A DNA stretch of 64,000 nucleotides from an uncultured virus (IMG/VR IMGVR_UViG_3300006148_000272) (IMGVR_UViG_3300006148_000272), one strand, 5' to 3'. Counted from the first letter of the stretch, positions 1 through 9,944 are shown. Numbers and translations: made by a program. The notes: generated by a model from the letters alone, not told the origin.

Positions 1-1140
1 ATGAGCAAACCTTTTTACAAGGGGCGTCTGTCCATCAACAAGGAAAAATCCTCGCCCTACTGGATGGTGACATTTCAGGGGCCGGACGGCAAGATGAAGC
101 GCCGTTCCACGAAAGTTCCTGTGAATGGCGGCGAGTTCGAGGGAGACCGCATCACGGCCAAGCTGGCGGAACGTATCGCCTACCAGCGGGGCGTGCAGAT
201 AGCCTGCGCGGAAGCGGAAGAATACCAGGTGCACAACAATGTTTCCGTGCGGACTTGGTGTGACGGATTTGTTGGGCGCAAGGCGGCTCTTGTCTCCGAA
301 CAGACGGCCTACAATGCCAGAACCGCCTGCAAGCATTTTTACGAGTATCTGGGGGCGCGGGCGAACGCCCCCCTTCGCCTGATCACCAAGGCGGACATCA
401 AAGGCTTTGTGGCGGCTCGCCGCGAACTGGTGCGGCAAAAGACTGTGTACAAGGATATGTCCGTTCTTTCCCAGGCATTCGCGGATGCCGTGGATTCAGA
501 AGTAATTGACCGCAATCCGTGCGCCGGCGTTTCCATTCCCCCGGACCGTGCCGGGGAAAAGCTGCACAAGGAAGCCTTCACACTCGACGAGATCCGCTAC
601 ATGATTGAGCATTTCCCGCCCCTGTGGAGTTCCGCGGTACGCTGCTCGTTTGAAACCTACGGCCAGCGGCTGGGGGATATTCTGCGCCTCAACTGGAATC
701 AGTTTGACTGGGAACGCCGCATCGTGCGCTTTGACACGGGCAAAACGGGGCGCTGGATGGACCAGCCCATGAGAGAAGGCTTTTACCAATGGGCGCTTGC
801 CCGCTGGAAGGAAGCGGGGGAACCGGCGGATGAACTACTTCACGCGCCCCTGCTGGCCCTGGGGGATGGCGCGTCCTATCAATTCGGCCTCCTGTTGCGC
901 ACCCATGGCATCGGCGTGGTGCATGGAGCGGCCGGCGGCCGCAGAAGGAGGATGAACAGCAAGTCCTTCCACAGCATTCGGGCCACGGCGGCCACGTTGT
1001 TGCAGGCATCAGGCGTATCGCAGGGGCTGGCCATGGAGCTGGTGGGGCATGACTCTTCCGCCGTGCATAGCGTGTACATCCGCCCCTCCGTGGATCAGCT
1101 GCGCTCCGCTGCGGAATCCCTACCGGAACTTCTTCCTTAA
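1..1140 (+). CDS. int: Tyrosine recombinase / phage integrase
   Basis: Catalytic motifs GQRLGD (R), FHSIR (HxxR), GHDS (H) and SVY (Y); N-terminal arm-binding-like region. Confidence 0.93.
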   Translation: MSKPFYKGRLSINKEKSSPYWMVTFQGPDGKMKRRSTKVPVNGGEFEGDRITAKLAERIAYQRGVQIACAEAEEYQVHNNVSVRTWCDGFVGRKAALVSEQTAYNARTACKHFYEYLGARANAPLRLITKADIKGFVAARRELVRQKTVYKDMSVLSQAFADAVDSEVIDRNPCAGVSIPPDRAGEKLHKEAFTLDEIRYMIEHFPPLWSSAVRCSFETYGQRLGDILRLNWNQFDWERRIVRFDTGKTGRWMDQPMREGFYQWALARWKEAGEPADELLHAPLLALGDGASYQFGLLLRTHGIGVVHGAAGGRRRRMNSKSFHSIRATAATLLQASGVSQGLAMELVGHDSSAVHSVYIRPSVDQLRSAAESLPELLP

Positions 1141-1173
1141 AAAAGCCCTGCTCCCAAAAAGGAAACAGGGCTT
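1141..1173. terminator. Hairpin between the convergent int and scaffold genes (probably bidirectional)
   Basis: AAGCCCTG...CAGGGCTT inverted repeat preceded by an A run. Confidence 0.6.
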
Positions 1174-1193
1174 GCTGGAAAAGCAATATCTGC

Positions 1194-1946
1194 TTACGCA
1201 CCCATCAGTCGCATATACTTGGCCCTCACCTCGGCAAAACGCGGATGGTCGCAATCGTGGAATGCCGAATAATCCGGGTGTTCCGGATCGTGCATCATGC
1301 GCCGGGCTTCGCCGCGGGCCTGCTGTTCCTGCCGTCCGGGAGGCGCCGGAAGAGCCGGCTCGTCCAGAATCCGGCCTACTGCATCCAGAATCCTGTACAT
1401 GGCCGGATGATCGGCAATGCCCATCTCATTAAACACGCTCTGGTCGATACCGGCCATGCGGCACAACCTCCCGGCCATTTGAACGGCGCGCATCTGGCGT
1501 GCGTCGCTGTCCCGGCCCCACTCTCCATCCAGCTGTCTCCAGGCCTCTTCCATGGCGGCATCCTGCGCCTGCTTCTGTTCGGTCGCTTTGGCCGCCAGAC
1601 GCGCATCCATATCCTTGATAAACGCGGAAAGCCCCTCGACAGGAAGCCCGTGGGCCTTGCCGGTCTCGGTCAGCAACTGCTGCAGCGTCTCGTCTCCAGA
1701 AAACGTATCATCGAACGTCAACACGTAATCCCCCTGGGAAGGCGGATCTCCCTGCGGAGAACCCGGATCCGATGGGGGAGGAGGGTTCGGCTGCTCATCA
1801 TCCGCCGGAGTCGGCTCCGGTGCAGGATTAGCCAGGCTGGGACGTCCGGAAGCGGAAGGGGCGGCGGAACCTCCTCCGCCACCGCCTCCATTCTCCGGAG
1901 CCTCTTCAAAAAGAAACCGGTTATGGTACAACTTAAATAAAATCAT
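1194..1946 (-). CDS. Putative capsid scaffolding protein
   Basis: Follows the portal; Pro/acidic N-terminus and helical C-terminus; probable start MILFKLY at 1946. Confidence 0.6.
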   Translation of the reverse strand: MILFKLYHNRFLFEEAPENGGGGGGGSAAPSASGRPSLANPAPEPTPADDEQPNPPPPSDPGSPQGDPPSQGDYVLTFDDTFSGDETLQQLLTETGKAHGLPVEGLSAFIKDMDARLAAKATEQKQAQDAAMEEAWRQLDGEWGRDSDARQMRAVQMAGRLCRMAGIDQSVFNEMGIADHPAMYRILDAVGRILDEPALPAPPGRQEQQARGEARRMMHDPEHPDYSAFHDCDHPRFAEVRAKYMRLMGA

Positions 1947-1956
1947 GGTACTTCTT

Positions 1957-2208
1957 CTATATCTCTTCTTCTGGTTCGTAATGATTGCCCATGACCGCTT
2001 CGATGAACAAAACCACCTCGCGGTAGGCGTCTCGACGCATAGCGTCAAGGGGGTCGTAAGAACCGGCCTTCCCCTGGAAACAGGGAAGATCGGTCTGGAA
2101 ATGTCTCTTCAGCTCCTCCAGGACTTCCGGATTCCTGAATGCTTCCCGGAAAATCCTTCTGCGGCGCTTCATGTACTGTTCGTACTTATTGGTGGGGTCT
2201 GTCTTCAT
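1957..2208 (-). CDS. Small phage protein between portal and scaffold (Bbp19-like position)
   Basis: 83 aa, overlaps the portal stop; position typical of BPP-1-like podophages. Confidence 0.6.
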   Translation of the reverse strand: MKTDPTNKYEQYMKRRRRIFREAFRNPEVLEELKRHFQTDLPCFQGKAGSYDPLDAMRRDAYREVVLFIEAVMGNHYEPEEEI

Positions 2209-3854
2209 GTCGTTTGTAAAGCCTGCTGGGCCTGGGCATTATTCCTGTTAGCCACGGAGGACTGTTCGGCAATGGCTGCCTGTATGGCCGCTTCCTGCTG
2301 ATTCTTCCTTTCAGTCTCCTTCTCCTTCACCTCATCCTCTGTCGCCTTGCACTCCATCGGGGCGCCCTTGGAATCGTAAATCAATTCCCCGGCCTTATTG
2401 AGATTCACAATATCCAGCAGCTCCGGTCGGCCGGTCATCTGCGACAAAGTGCCGATAGACTCAAGAGCCGTCATCAAGCCGTCCGTCTGTGTACGTGCAA
2501 TCGCCTGGGCAATCTTGCCCATGAACTGAACCTGGGGGACGGCCAGGCGTGTAGGAGCGCCCCGCCGGTTGACCTCAAACACGCCCTGAACCGGCTCCGG
2601 AAGTTTCCCGGCGCGGTACAACAGGGCCATAATACGCTGGCACATCATCCTGAAATCGCTCACAAACAACGTAAAAGAAGGCGTAAACCCAAGCACCTTC
2701 TCGGCTTCCCGGGCCGCCACCTCCGTAGCCGTCATCTGGCGGTCGATGCGGGAAACGGTTTCCAGCATGGGAACGTAAAAAGCCTCTTCAATCTTGGCGT
2801 ACAGGCCCCGCAGGTATTCCAGCCCGATATCATACTCCCCTTGTGTGCCCCATTCGCGCGGCAAGCCAAGTTCCGCCGCTTCCGGAGAAATGACGGTCCT
2901 GCCTCCGGCGCGCAAATCCACCTCCCCATACTGCTCTGCCAGCAGGAAAAGCCTCGGATAAGCCTTTGTCTGTCCCAGCGTGTAAAGAATCTTCTCCATG
3001 TCGATAGCCATGCGGATCGTGCGCCGCGCGAACCATGCCGGTCCCACCCCGTAGGGGCTGTCTCCCCAGCGCAGAAAGCGCGTCACCAGAAACGGAAATT
3101 CGAAAAAACCGCTCTCAAACACAATCTTCTTATCGTCCAACGAAATAATGACGTCCTTCCACGCTCTCTTGCCAGGCGGCACATGGTCGGACAACAGCTT
3201 GCCCTGCGGGTTAGGCAGGACGCATTGCACAAACTCGAAAGAATCCGTATAGCGTCTCCTGGCATCCTTGAGCGCTCTCCGCACTTTTGGGCCCAGAGCC
3301 TCCTCCTTCCACTTCTGCGCCGCCTGGTGAGCCGTCAGCCGGAACCAGCGCACCAGCGTATCAACATCCCCTGACTCCGACTCCGCGATAGCGTAAGTTC
3401 CCGTGGGAATGTGCCGGAAAATCAGCTGCCTGTTAATATTCATCTCGGCAAACATGCAGCCGGTTCCCGTCAGGCAGCGATCAAGGTAAACCTCATGAAT
3501 CACTGAATAAAAATTGGAAACGGCAAGTTCCCGCTCCATCACCTCCGTAACCTTGCTGTACCAATCATTCAAAGCCTGATTCCCATCCTTATTAAAACCT
3601 ACCGGGCGCAAGGTAAACCAGCGCCTGTCCAAAGGCGTAATATAAGTCAAATGGGCGGATGCCAGCTTCTTCAGGCTGTTATTGGCGACGTCGCTATGCT
3701 CCAATCCACCGCTGTGATCAGGTACGCGGTCGGGATAAGCGTTGCCCGTAGCCCTGGGCATGATAATACGGCGCATTTCATCCCAGCCGCCTTCAAAAGC
3801 GGCGCGTTCCGTGCGCAGATTATCTGCCAGGGAAATGTAATCGCGTACCTCCAT
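2205..3854 (-). CDS. Portal (head-to-tail connecting) protein, T7/BPP-1 type
   Basis: 549 aa; motifs FTLRP, SPYGVGP and QMTATEVAAREAEK typical of podovirus portals. Confidence 0.88.
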   Translation of the reverse strand: MEVRDYISLADNLRTERAAFEGGWDEMRRIIMPRATGNAYPDRVPDHSGGLEHSDVANNSLKKLASAHLTYITPLDRRWFTLRPVGFNKDGNQALNDWYSKVTEVMERELAVSNFYSVIHEVYLDRCLTGTGCMFAEMNINRQLIFRHIPTGTYAIAESESGDVDTLVRWFRLTAHQAAQKWKEEALGPKVRRALKDARRRYTDSFEFVQCVLPNPQGKLLSDHVPPGKRAWKDVIISLDDKKIVFESGFFEFPFLVTRFLRWGDSPYGVGPAWFARRTIRMAIDMEKILYTLGQTKAYPRLFLLAEQYGEVDLRAGGRTVISPEAAELGLPREWGTQGEYDIGLEYLRGLYAKIEEAFYVPMLETVSRIDRQMTATEVAAREAEKVLGFTPSFTLFVSDFRMMCQRIMALLYRAGKLPEPVQGVFEVNRRGAPTRLAVPQVQFMGKIAQAIARTQTDGLMTALESIGTLSQMTGRPELLDIVNLNKAGELIYDSKGAPMECKATEDEVKEKETERKNQQEAAIQAAIAEQSSVANRNNAQAQQALQTT

Positions 3855-3859
3855 GGCTG

Positions 3860-4069
3860 CTATCCCAGGGTTTTGCGCAACGTGGACAAACCGCCGGACA
3901 GATTCGGATTATTCACCGTATCGGACAGCTTCAACCTGCGCTTACTTTTGGTCTGAACATCCTCCGAAGCATCGGAAACAGACTTCTCCGTAGCCGTCGG
4001 ATTCAGCGGCTCTTCTACTACCGGCGGAGCCGGAGCCTGTGTCACTTTAGGTTTGAAAATAGATCCCAT
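3860..4069 (-). CDS. Small virion-associated protein
   Basis: MGSIFKPK...RKTLG, directly upstream of the portal. Confidence 0.55.
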   Translation of the reverse strand: MGSIFKPKVTQAPAPPVVEEPLNPTATEKSVSDASEDVQTKSKRRLKLSDTVNNPNLSGGLSTLRKTLG

Positions 4070-4088
4070 AACAACTAATGGAAAACAA

Positions 4089-4631
4089 CTAAACAAGCTC
4101 CTGCGCCGTAAAATCCCGGACGCCCTCGGCAATCGCGTTGGCAATGCTCTCCGGATGATGCTTCATGATATCCGCATCCCCGGCGTTACTGATAAACCCG
4201 CATTCGCACAATACCCATGGCATACGAGTCTGCTTGAGGATGGCCAGCCCCGGCCGGGCTTGAATCGTATTGGCTCGTCCCGGCAGAAGGTCTGCCAGAG
4301 GCTCGGCGATACAGGCGGCCAGGCGGCTTCCCTGAACAGATCCAGGATAAAAGCATACATGAGCGCCACAGGCATTCTGTCTGTCATGGGCGCAATCGCA
4401 ATGCAGGGAAATACCGAAGTCGTATCCGTCCGCATTGGCAACCTTGATGGTGGCGTTCAGGTCTTCCGTATTGCCTTTGTCCGGAAAGTCAAGAACATGG
4501 ACGGTATGTCCCATATCCTTCAACTGCGCAAAAAGATGGCGTGCTATCACACATGCCACGTCGTGCTCTTCCAGCCCGTTTCCACGAGCTCCGGTTCCTT
4601 TGGCGTGTCCGATGTCTAAAGCGATATTCAT
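4089..4631 (-). CDS. Endolysin, N-acetylmuramoyl-L-alanine amidase (Amidase_3)
   Basis: LDIGH, E, SLHCD and LCECGFISN zinc-amidase motifs. Confidence 0.9.
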   Translation of the reverse strand: MNIALDIGHAKGTGARGNGLEEHDVACVIARHLFAQLKDMGHTVHVLDFPDKGNTEDLNATIKVANADGYDFGISLHCDCAHDRQNACGAHVCFYPGSVQGSRLAACIAEPLADLLPGRANTIQARPGLAILKQTRMPWVLCECGFISNAGDADIMKHHPESIANAIAEGVRDFTAQELV

Positions 4632-4813
4632 TTGTTCAGGTATTGGTTAATAAGATGTTCCGGCAAGTCATACTCCACGTAGGTGCTGTTGAGATGCCAT
4701 TCCGCGTGTTGGGCTTTGTAGGCTGTACGCTGCTTCCTGCTGTGCAGCATGTGCATCTCCTGCTTGCGTCCGGGAGTTTCAATGACGAGTAAATAAAGGT
4801 ATCGTTCCGGCAT
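4628..4813 (-). CDS. Hypothetical protein (61 aa)
   Basis: Its stop overlaps the amidase start (ATGA). Confidence 0.5.
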   Translation of the reverse strand: MPERYLYLLVIETPGRKQEMHMLHSRKQRTAYKAQHAEWHLNSTYVEYDLPEHLINQYLNK

Positions 4814-4882
4814 GGTTAATTAAGTTATAAACTATTGGCTATGAGATAAAGGGAACTTGTAAGAAAAACTTTACAGTTGGAA

Positions 4883-5110
4883 TTAATCTCGCTGTTTAAG
4901 CTGTTGCTGGTGGTAATTCTCCAAATGCTGGAGACGGGTATCCATCGTCCGCAGGATCTCCGCCGTATGGGCCGCGTTGGTAGCCTGTTCCTTCACCACC
5001 TCGCGGAAATCCAGGTAGATGAACACGGCTATCACAAAACCGCCGAAAGTGACGATCTCACGCGTATAATCGCGGATCACTCCCAGATATTCCTTGAGGG
5101 GTTTGCACAT
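4883..5110 (-). CDS. Putative holin / single-TM lysis protein
   Basis: One TM (IVTFGGFVIAVFIYL) followed by a coiled coil; lies next to the endolysin; probable start 5110. Confidence 0.5.
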   Translation of the reverse strand: MCKPLKEYLGVIRDYTREIVTFGGFVIAVFIYLDFREVVKEQATNAAHTAEILRTMDTRLQHLENYHQQQLKQRD

Positions 5111-5114
5111 GGCC

Positions 5115-5582
5115 TTATTTCTTGGAAGGTACGATCTGAACAACGGGCGGAACGTCCGTTTCCGGCTGGGCCTGACTGTAGGAGATATGCCCCTGCTCAA
5201 TGACGAGGCAGGAGCCGTCTTTGCAGACCACCGTCTTTTCCGGCGTCACGTCCACGGAGTGCCCGCAGCCGGAGAGGGACATTCCCAAACCGCCAAGGAT
5301 GGCGCCGACAATACCCACCCCGGCCCAATAGAGGGCTTTCTTCCAGCCGGTGGAGGTCTTGGCCTGCCCGGTGAGGTAGCTCCTTACATCTTCCATCGCA
5401 TGTTCTGCAATGGTTGGTAGCGCTTGATGTGCAACAGCCAGCCATCCGGCCTTATCATCGTCCGAAAGGTCAGCGTATTCCAGCATCGGCCTATGCGTGG
5501 ACAGGTTCTTGGCGATGGCATAGGTATGGTACAGGTCCTTAGCTATTGCCTCCGCGTGATTGCATTGATTGTTAGTAGTCAT
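5115..5582 (-). CDS. Membrane protein with internal lipobox (possible lysis/spanin-like protein)
   Basis: Hydrophobic stretch followed by LSGC; located in the lysis region. Confidence 0.5.
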   Translation of the reverse strand: MTTNNQCNHAEAIAKDLYHTYAIAKNLSTHRPMLEYADLSDDDKAGWLAVAHQALPTIAEHAMEDVRSYLTGQAKTSTGWKKALYWAGVGIVGAILGGLGMSLSGCGHSVDVTPEKTVVCKDGSCLVIEQGHISYSQAQPETDVPPVVQIVPSKK

Positions 5583-5998
5583 TTGATTATGTTGTTATTG
5601 GTAGGGGTAGTGAAGAAATTGAAAAACGCCACGGCGGCGAGGTCGGTCAGGATAAAAGCCGGGTAGTCACGGGCAGTGAACACCCTGCGTCCCCCGTGGG
5701 GATTAACGGCCTCCACGGTCAAATCCACGGCTTCCACCGTCCGCATGGGGTCATCCTCCTCCGGAGCGTAAAACTCTTTCAGCCGCGCCCACACCTGCAC
5801 CGCCAGCCACGGTTCCGCCAGTCCAACCAGCGCGGCAACGACGGCCTCCATGGCCGGAGCCTGATCCGCGGGTATATCGTCCTGATTAAAGCGGGCCGGA
5901 GGTCTATAACCGCCCGCGTCCCGGTAAATGGGCGTCAGGGTGAATTCCTGCCAGTTGCCGGGCCGGGGGAACTGAATCTGTATTTCTGAATTATTCAT
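5579..5998 (-). CDS. Hypothetical protein downstream of the tail fibre (possible fibre chaperone)
   Basis: 139 aa, overlaps both neighbours. Confidence 0.55.
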   Translation of the reverse strand: MNNSEIQIQFPRPGNWQEFTLTPIYRDAGGYRPPARFNQDDIPADQAPAMEAVVAALVGLAEPWLAVQVWARLKEFYAPEEDDPMRTVEAVDLTVEAVNPHGGRRVFTARDYPAFILTDLAAVAFFNFFTTPTNNNIIK

Positions 5999-8027
5999 AA
6001 GGTGTAAATTCTGTTACGGTGGTTGACTGTATCAACCGGGTTTCCAACGCCCGGAACGCATCATAAGCCCCATTAGGCTGGTTATACCCCGGAGCCGTCA
6101 TCTGCCGCATCGCTCCAAGATAACTATGCGTATTGGTCCCGTCGCTATCCCAATACAAAGCCCCAACGCCAGTCCAGGAGAACGTGTCAACAACGCCGTG
6201 CATGTCGGCAATGCACAACAAACGGCGAGAATCCGCCGCATTAGAGCCAATCCACAATCCCGCTCTGACGTCGCGGCCCGGCCTATCCTGTTGATAAGAA
6301 AGAAACATATTGCAGGACGGGTTGGTATTGGTGGACGGGAAAACGGAAAGCGTTTCATAACATAACCACTTGGCCTGAGTGGAATCATAGACGAGTTCCC
6401 TCACCCTCACCGGATAACCCGCCGGATTCATGGACGCGTCATTAACCATGTAAAACGTCACATCAACAAACCGCGGGAAACTCGCGGTACTACCGGAGGC
6501 CGGAGACAGCGTGAACATATCCATCTCCGCCGCCGTCTTCTTGACGAAATTTCCCGGCCTTCCCAACGAGAAAGTCAGTTTGCGGGCGGCAGTACTGCCG
6601 GTATTGCCCAAAGCGACTGGCAGGACAAACCCGCTCCATCCAGAATAATTGGATACTCCTAAAAATGGATTTATCAGGTTAATCTGAATTGTTCCCGGAT
6701 ATGCGGACATCTTGCGGAGTCGCCACACCTGGCCGGGAACCGTCTGTTCTACGGCGACGCTCTCGCCGTACAAATTAAAATCAGAAAGGAAACTCTGAGG
6801 AGAAAACGCCTCCGTCACGGCGGCCAGCCCGGAAGCGTACAGGCGATTAACGCCGGATTCATTGGTCGGCGCCCCCACGGCCAGCGGGATGTTGATGCCG
6901 CCGTTGGCGTTGACGGTCCCGTCAAACGTGCCTCCCGCGGCAGTGATATTGCCGGGAAGCGTCATGTTGCCGGATTCGTCCACCTGCGGAATAGCCGCCA
7001 GAGCATTAGCCGCCGCTGTTGCAGAGTTGCCCGCGCTAGTGGCAGAATTCGCGGCATTCGTCGCCGCCGTATTGATGCGTCCCTCCGCCTGATCTATAGC
7101 CTCTTTAGCGGTTTCGGCGCGCTGGACAAGGGGCGTAATCGCCCCCACCGCTCTCTCCTGCGCCGTTTGCACGGCGGCAACGGCATCCGTTCGTGCGCCG
7201 GCTATATTCTGCTGCGCGGTCTGTGAGGCACGTCCCACGGCAAGAACAGAATCGGCTTGCTTGTCCTGTATGGCAGTAACAGCCTCATTCCCGGCATCAA
7301 CAATCTTCTTCTCCCCGTTGCTGACCGTTTCCGGCCAAGTGGTAGCCAGCGACTCCACAGCCGTTTTAGCGGCATTGGCGCTCTTGGCGTCACGGGCTGC
7401 GTTAGTTGCGGACGTGCCGGCGGCGGTCGCAGAATCGGCGGCAGCATTTTTGGAGGCCCAGGCAGACCCTGCATAGCCTTCCGCCTCTTCGGCCCGTGCA
7501 GCAGCGGTGGCTGCCGCGTCCGTTGCTGTCTTGGCTGCCTGGCTCGCCGTTTCCGCATTGGTGGAGGATGTGTTGGCATTCTGTTGCGCCTGTTGGGCCG
7601 CGATAATGGAGGCCGTGTTGGAAAGCCACTGGGCCTTGATCGTCTTACTTGCCTCAACAGGTATCGTAATACCCATTGCAGGAATATCGTACACCGTGGA
7701 CGACTCAACAGGAGCCACAGAATCCACGGCCCCAATATAACCGGAAAACAGCCTCAAATCCTCTCCGGACTCATCCTGTGCATGAATGGCATACGGCCAG
7801 CGGCCAACAGGCAGGGCAGGAAAAGTAAGCTCCAAACAATGTTCTTGCTCGCCGTGTTCAATAACAACGGGCAAGTCTCCCTGTTCCGTCTTCACCACAC
7901 CGGTGAAAGAAACTCCTGTTACCGGGAACGGAGATTGCGTCACATCCTCGAACAAAAGCCAGCCTATGCGCTTGGCATAGCCTGCCGTCGTGGACAAATG
8001 GCGCGTCATTCCCAGAAAATTTAACAT
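5991..8027 (-). CDS. Putative tail fibre / receptor-binding protein
   Basis: N-terminal adaptor-like domain, long Ala/Thr-rich coiled stalk and beta-rich C-terminal domain. Confidence 0.72.
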   Translation of the reverse strand: MLNFLGMTRHLSTTAGYAKRIGWLLFEDVTQSPFPVTGVSFTGVVKTEQGDLPVVIEHGEQEHCLELTFPALPVGRWPYAIHAQDESGEDLRLFSGYIGAVDSVAPVESSTVYDIPAMGITIPVEASKTIKAQWLSNTASIIAAQQAQQNANTSSTNAETASQAAKTATDAAATAAARAEEAEGYAGSAWASKNAAADSATAAGTSATNAARDAKSANAAKTAVESLATTWPETVSNGEKKIVDAGNEAVTAIQDKQADSVLAVGRASQTAQQNIAGARTDAVAAVQTAQERAVGAITPLVQRAETAKEAIDQAEGRINTAATNAANSATSAGNSATAAANALAAIPQVDESGNMTLPGNITAAGGTFDGTVNANGGINIPLAVGAPTNESGVNRLYASGLAAVTEAFSPQSFLSDFNLYGESVAVEQTVPGQVWRLRKMSAYPGTIQINLINPFLGVSNYSGWSGFVLPVALGNTGSTAARKLTFSLGRPGNFVKKTAAEMDMFTLSPASGSTASFPRFVDVTFYMVNDASMNPAGYPVRVRELVYDSTQAKWLCYETLSVFPSTNTNPSCNMFLSYQQDRPGRDVRAGLWIGSNAADSRRLLCIADMHGVVDTFSWTGVGALYWDSDGTNTHSYLGAMRQMTAPGYNQPNGAYDAFRALETRLIQSTTVTEFTPYE

Positions 8028-8060
8028 GGCTCAATCATGAGCCACAAAACACGGGAAATG

Positions 8061-8078
8061 CAAGTTGGCGAGAATCAA
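8061..8078 (-). promoter_or_regulatory. Late-promoter box, copy 1 (tail fibre operon)
   Basis: CAAGTTGGCGAGAATCAA, 34 bp from the ATG at 8027. Confidence 0.75.
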
Positions 8079-8083
8079 TGTTT

Positions 8084-8575
8084 TTATCCCTGCTTCACGG
8101 GAGGCTCAAAAGGCAGGGAGGACAGCAGAGTTATAAAATTCTCTCCTGCATCCACTTCCATCTTCTGAGGAGTGTATGCGCCATCCATCTTGTTAAGCTC
8201 GGCAATAGCGGCGATTTTTGAGGGCATCTTAAATTTCGCTCCGGTTTCATCCATGGAAACCTCCTGACAGAGATCGGATGCGCTACCAACATTGCCGATG
8301 GGAGTTGTCACTACGCGGGACAACCATTCCATGCGCTGCTGCCTGGTCAGCACAGCAGACTTATCCAGTTGCTTATTCAATTTGTCAATCATTCGCAAAA
8401 CTTCGTCATCTTTGGACAAACGGGATGCCGCCTTGCTGGCTGCGACATTACTCATATCCTTGCGATTGTGGGCCTTACGATAAGCGTCCGCCTTGGACAA
8501 CTTTTCCGCAACCAGAAGCCTCGCAAACTCCTTCTTCTTCTCGGTCACTTTGGTCTTGTTATCCTTCCTTCTCAT
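8084..8575 (-). CDS. terS: Terminase small subunit
   Basis: TEKKKEFARLL...ADAYRKA HTH-like N-terminus and KIAAIAELNKMDG C-terminal motif. Confidence 0.78.
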   Translation of the reverse strand: MRRKDNKTKVTEKKKEFARLLVAEKLSKADAYRKAHNRKDMSNVAASKAASRLSKDDEVLRMIDKLNKQLDKSAVLTRQQRMEWLSRVVTTPIGNVGSASDLCQEVSMDETGAKFKMPSKIAAIAELNKMDGAYTPQKMEVDAGENFITLLSSLPFEPPVKQG

Positions 8576-8608
8576 ACCAATATTTTACCCTCCTGATTTT
8601 CAGCGCGT

Positions 8609-8626
8609 CAATTTGGTGAGAATCAA
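8609..8626 (-). promoter_or_regulatory. Late-promoter box, copy 2 (terS)
   Basis: CAATTTGGTGAGAATCAA; on the minus strand TTGACG-18-TAAAAT-6-ATG. Confidence 0.75.
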
Positions 8627-8645
8627 TACTTCTTGCCCGAGACAA

Positions 8646-8927
8646 TCAACCTGTTGGCTTTGAATCCTCAAGACACTCTAAAAAATCACGCCCCTGCCTG
8701 CTGATATAAAACACGCAAGGCCGTGTGCCGATTCTGATCACGTCGCCGGCCCGCACCAGATAATCCAGCCGGTGAGACACATTGCTGGGATCCAAATGGC
8801 AACGGGTGGCAATCTCCCGCGACATCCTGCCCGGATGGTCTCGGATTTCCATCAGAATAAGCAGCTGCGACGGACTCACCTTCCGGTGTATAATGTTCCT
8901 CAATAGATTCTTATATTCCTGCTTCAT
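8646..8927 (-). CDS. MarR-like winged-HTH transcription regulator
   Basis: SPSQLLILMEI...SREIATRCHLDPSNVSHRLDYL HTH pattern. Confidence 0.75.
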   Translation of the reverse strand: MKQEYKNLLRNIIHRKVSPSQLLILMEIRDHPGRMSREIATRCHLDPSNVSHRLDYLVRAGDVIRIGTRPCVFYISRQGRDFLECLEDSKPTG

Positions 8928-9940
8928 TCGTCACCTCCCAGTCCCAATTCTTTTCTCCAATTCTTCAATTCTACTGCGGCTTCTTCGGTGGTCACAACGG
9001 GCCCTTCCGGCTGCCGTGGTTCTTCGGGCTTCGGCTTCTTACGGGCCGCTGCCGGCTTCCAGCGTGTCTCTTTTGCCCAGCGTTCCGCGTGGGTGAGCAC
9101 ATCCCCGAAGCACTCCCAAAACTTCTTGCGGCTGTCCGGCCTCCAAAAAGCTTTCTTCTTGCAGTCCTCCGTCAGTCCTGACGCGTAATAATCCCTCAAC
9201 ATCTCCATATCCCGCGGCGTCACCCGTCCCTGTGCTGAACGGTAAGCCTCAAGCGCGGCTGCCTGCTCAATGGCAGTTGGCATTGTCCGGGACCATGAAG
9301 GGTTGATTTCCAAACAGGCAGCCATGAACCTGGCGGCGCCGGGAGAAGCCCCCAGATCCGCGTGATTGTCGGCGCAGCGCATCCCCCGGACGTCGTTCAG
9401 GCGTTCCCGAACCGGGAGCGACCGGGCAGGCAGCACAGGAGCAGCGGGCGCTTCTTCCCCCGGTGTACTGTCCACCGTAGTAGTTTCTCCCCCTATATTC
9501 CCTTTCTTTTCTTTTCCTTTCTTTTCGCTTTCCAACGAAGCTTCATTTGCTATCCAACGTTGGTTTCCTACGTCGGAACCAACGTTGGTTTCCGGTATAG
9601 GTTCCGGCGTTGGTTTCCGGCCTCCCTTACGTCCGTTGGCGCGCGCGATTTCCCTTTTACGCTCAATCTCCCGCTGGGCGTCGGCAGGGTAAAAAGAAAT
9701 GACAAGGTCGTTCCCGTCCCAACGGAAAAGGCCGCAGGACTCGGCCACCTCGGAAGCCATGACCCCGCAAGACTGCATCCAGCGGCGGTCTCCCCAAGAC
9801 CGTGCCCCGGCAATCCGCCCCATATTCTCCTGGTCACAAGACCAGGCGATCAAAGAAAGCCACGTAGCCCGCTGGGTGGGATCAGCGCCTATGTACTCAT
9901 TGGAGCGGATAACGTAGAGTGGTATATTGATGTATTCCAT
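8924..9940 (-). CDS. Phage replication initiator protein
   Basis: ARANGRKGGR motif, low-complexity linker containing iteron-like repeats, located in the early region. Confidence 0.65.
   Translation of the reverse strand: MEYINIPLYVIRSNEYIGADPTQRATWLSLIAWSCDQENMGRIAGARSWGDRRWMQSCGVMASEVAESCGLFRWDGNDLVISFYPADAQREIERKREIARANGRKGGRKPTPEPIPETNVGSDVGNQRWIANEASLESEKKGKEKKGNIGGETTTVDSTPGEEAPAAPVLPARSLPVRERLNDVRGMRCADNHADLGASPGAARFMAACLEINPSWSRTMPTAIEQAAALEAYRSAQGRVTPRDMEMLRDYYASGLTEDCKKKAFWRPDSRKKFWECFGDVLTHAERWAKETRWKPAAARKKPKPEEPRQPEGPVVTTEEAAVELKNWRKELGLGGDE
9558..9618. repeat. Three iteron-like repeats CGTTGGTTTCC at 25-bp spacing (putative phage ori)
   Basis: Copies at 9558, 9583 and 9608; pyrimidine/AT-rich tract at ~9498-9528. 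Confidence 0.7.
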
Positions 9941-9944
9941 TATT

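Noticed and set aside
9558..9618. A mini-CRISPR array
   Set aside because: The repeats are only 11 bp with 14-bp spacers, lie inside a CDS, and no cas genes are present.
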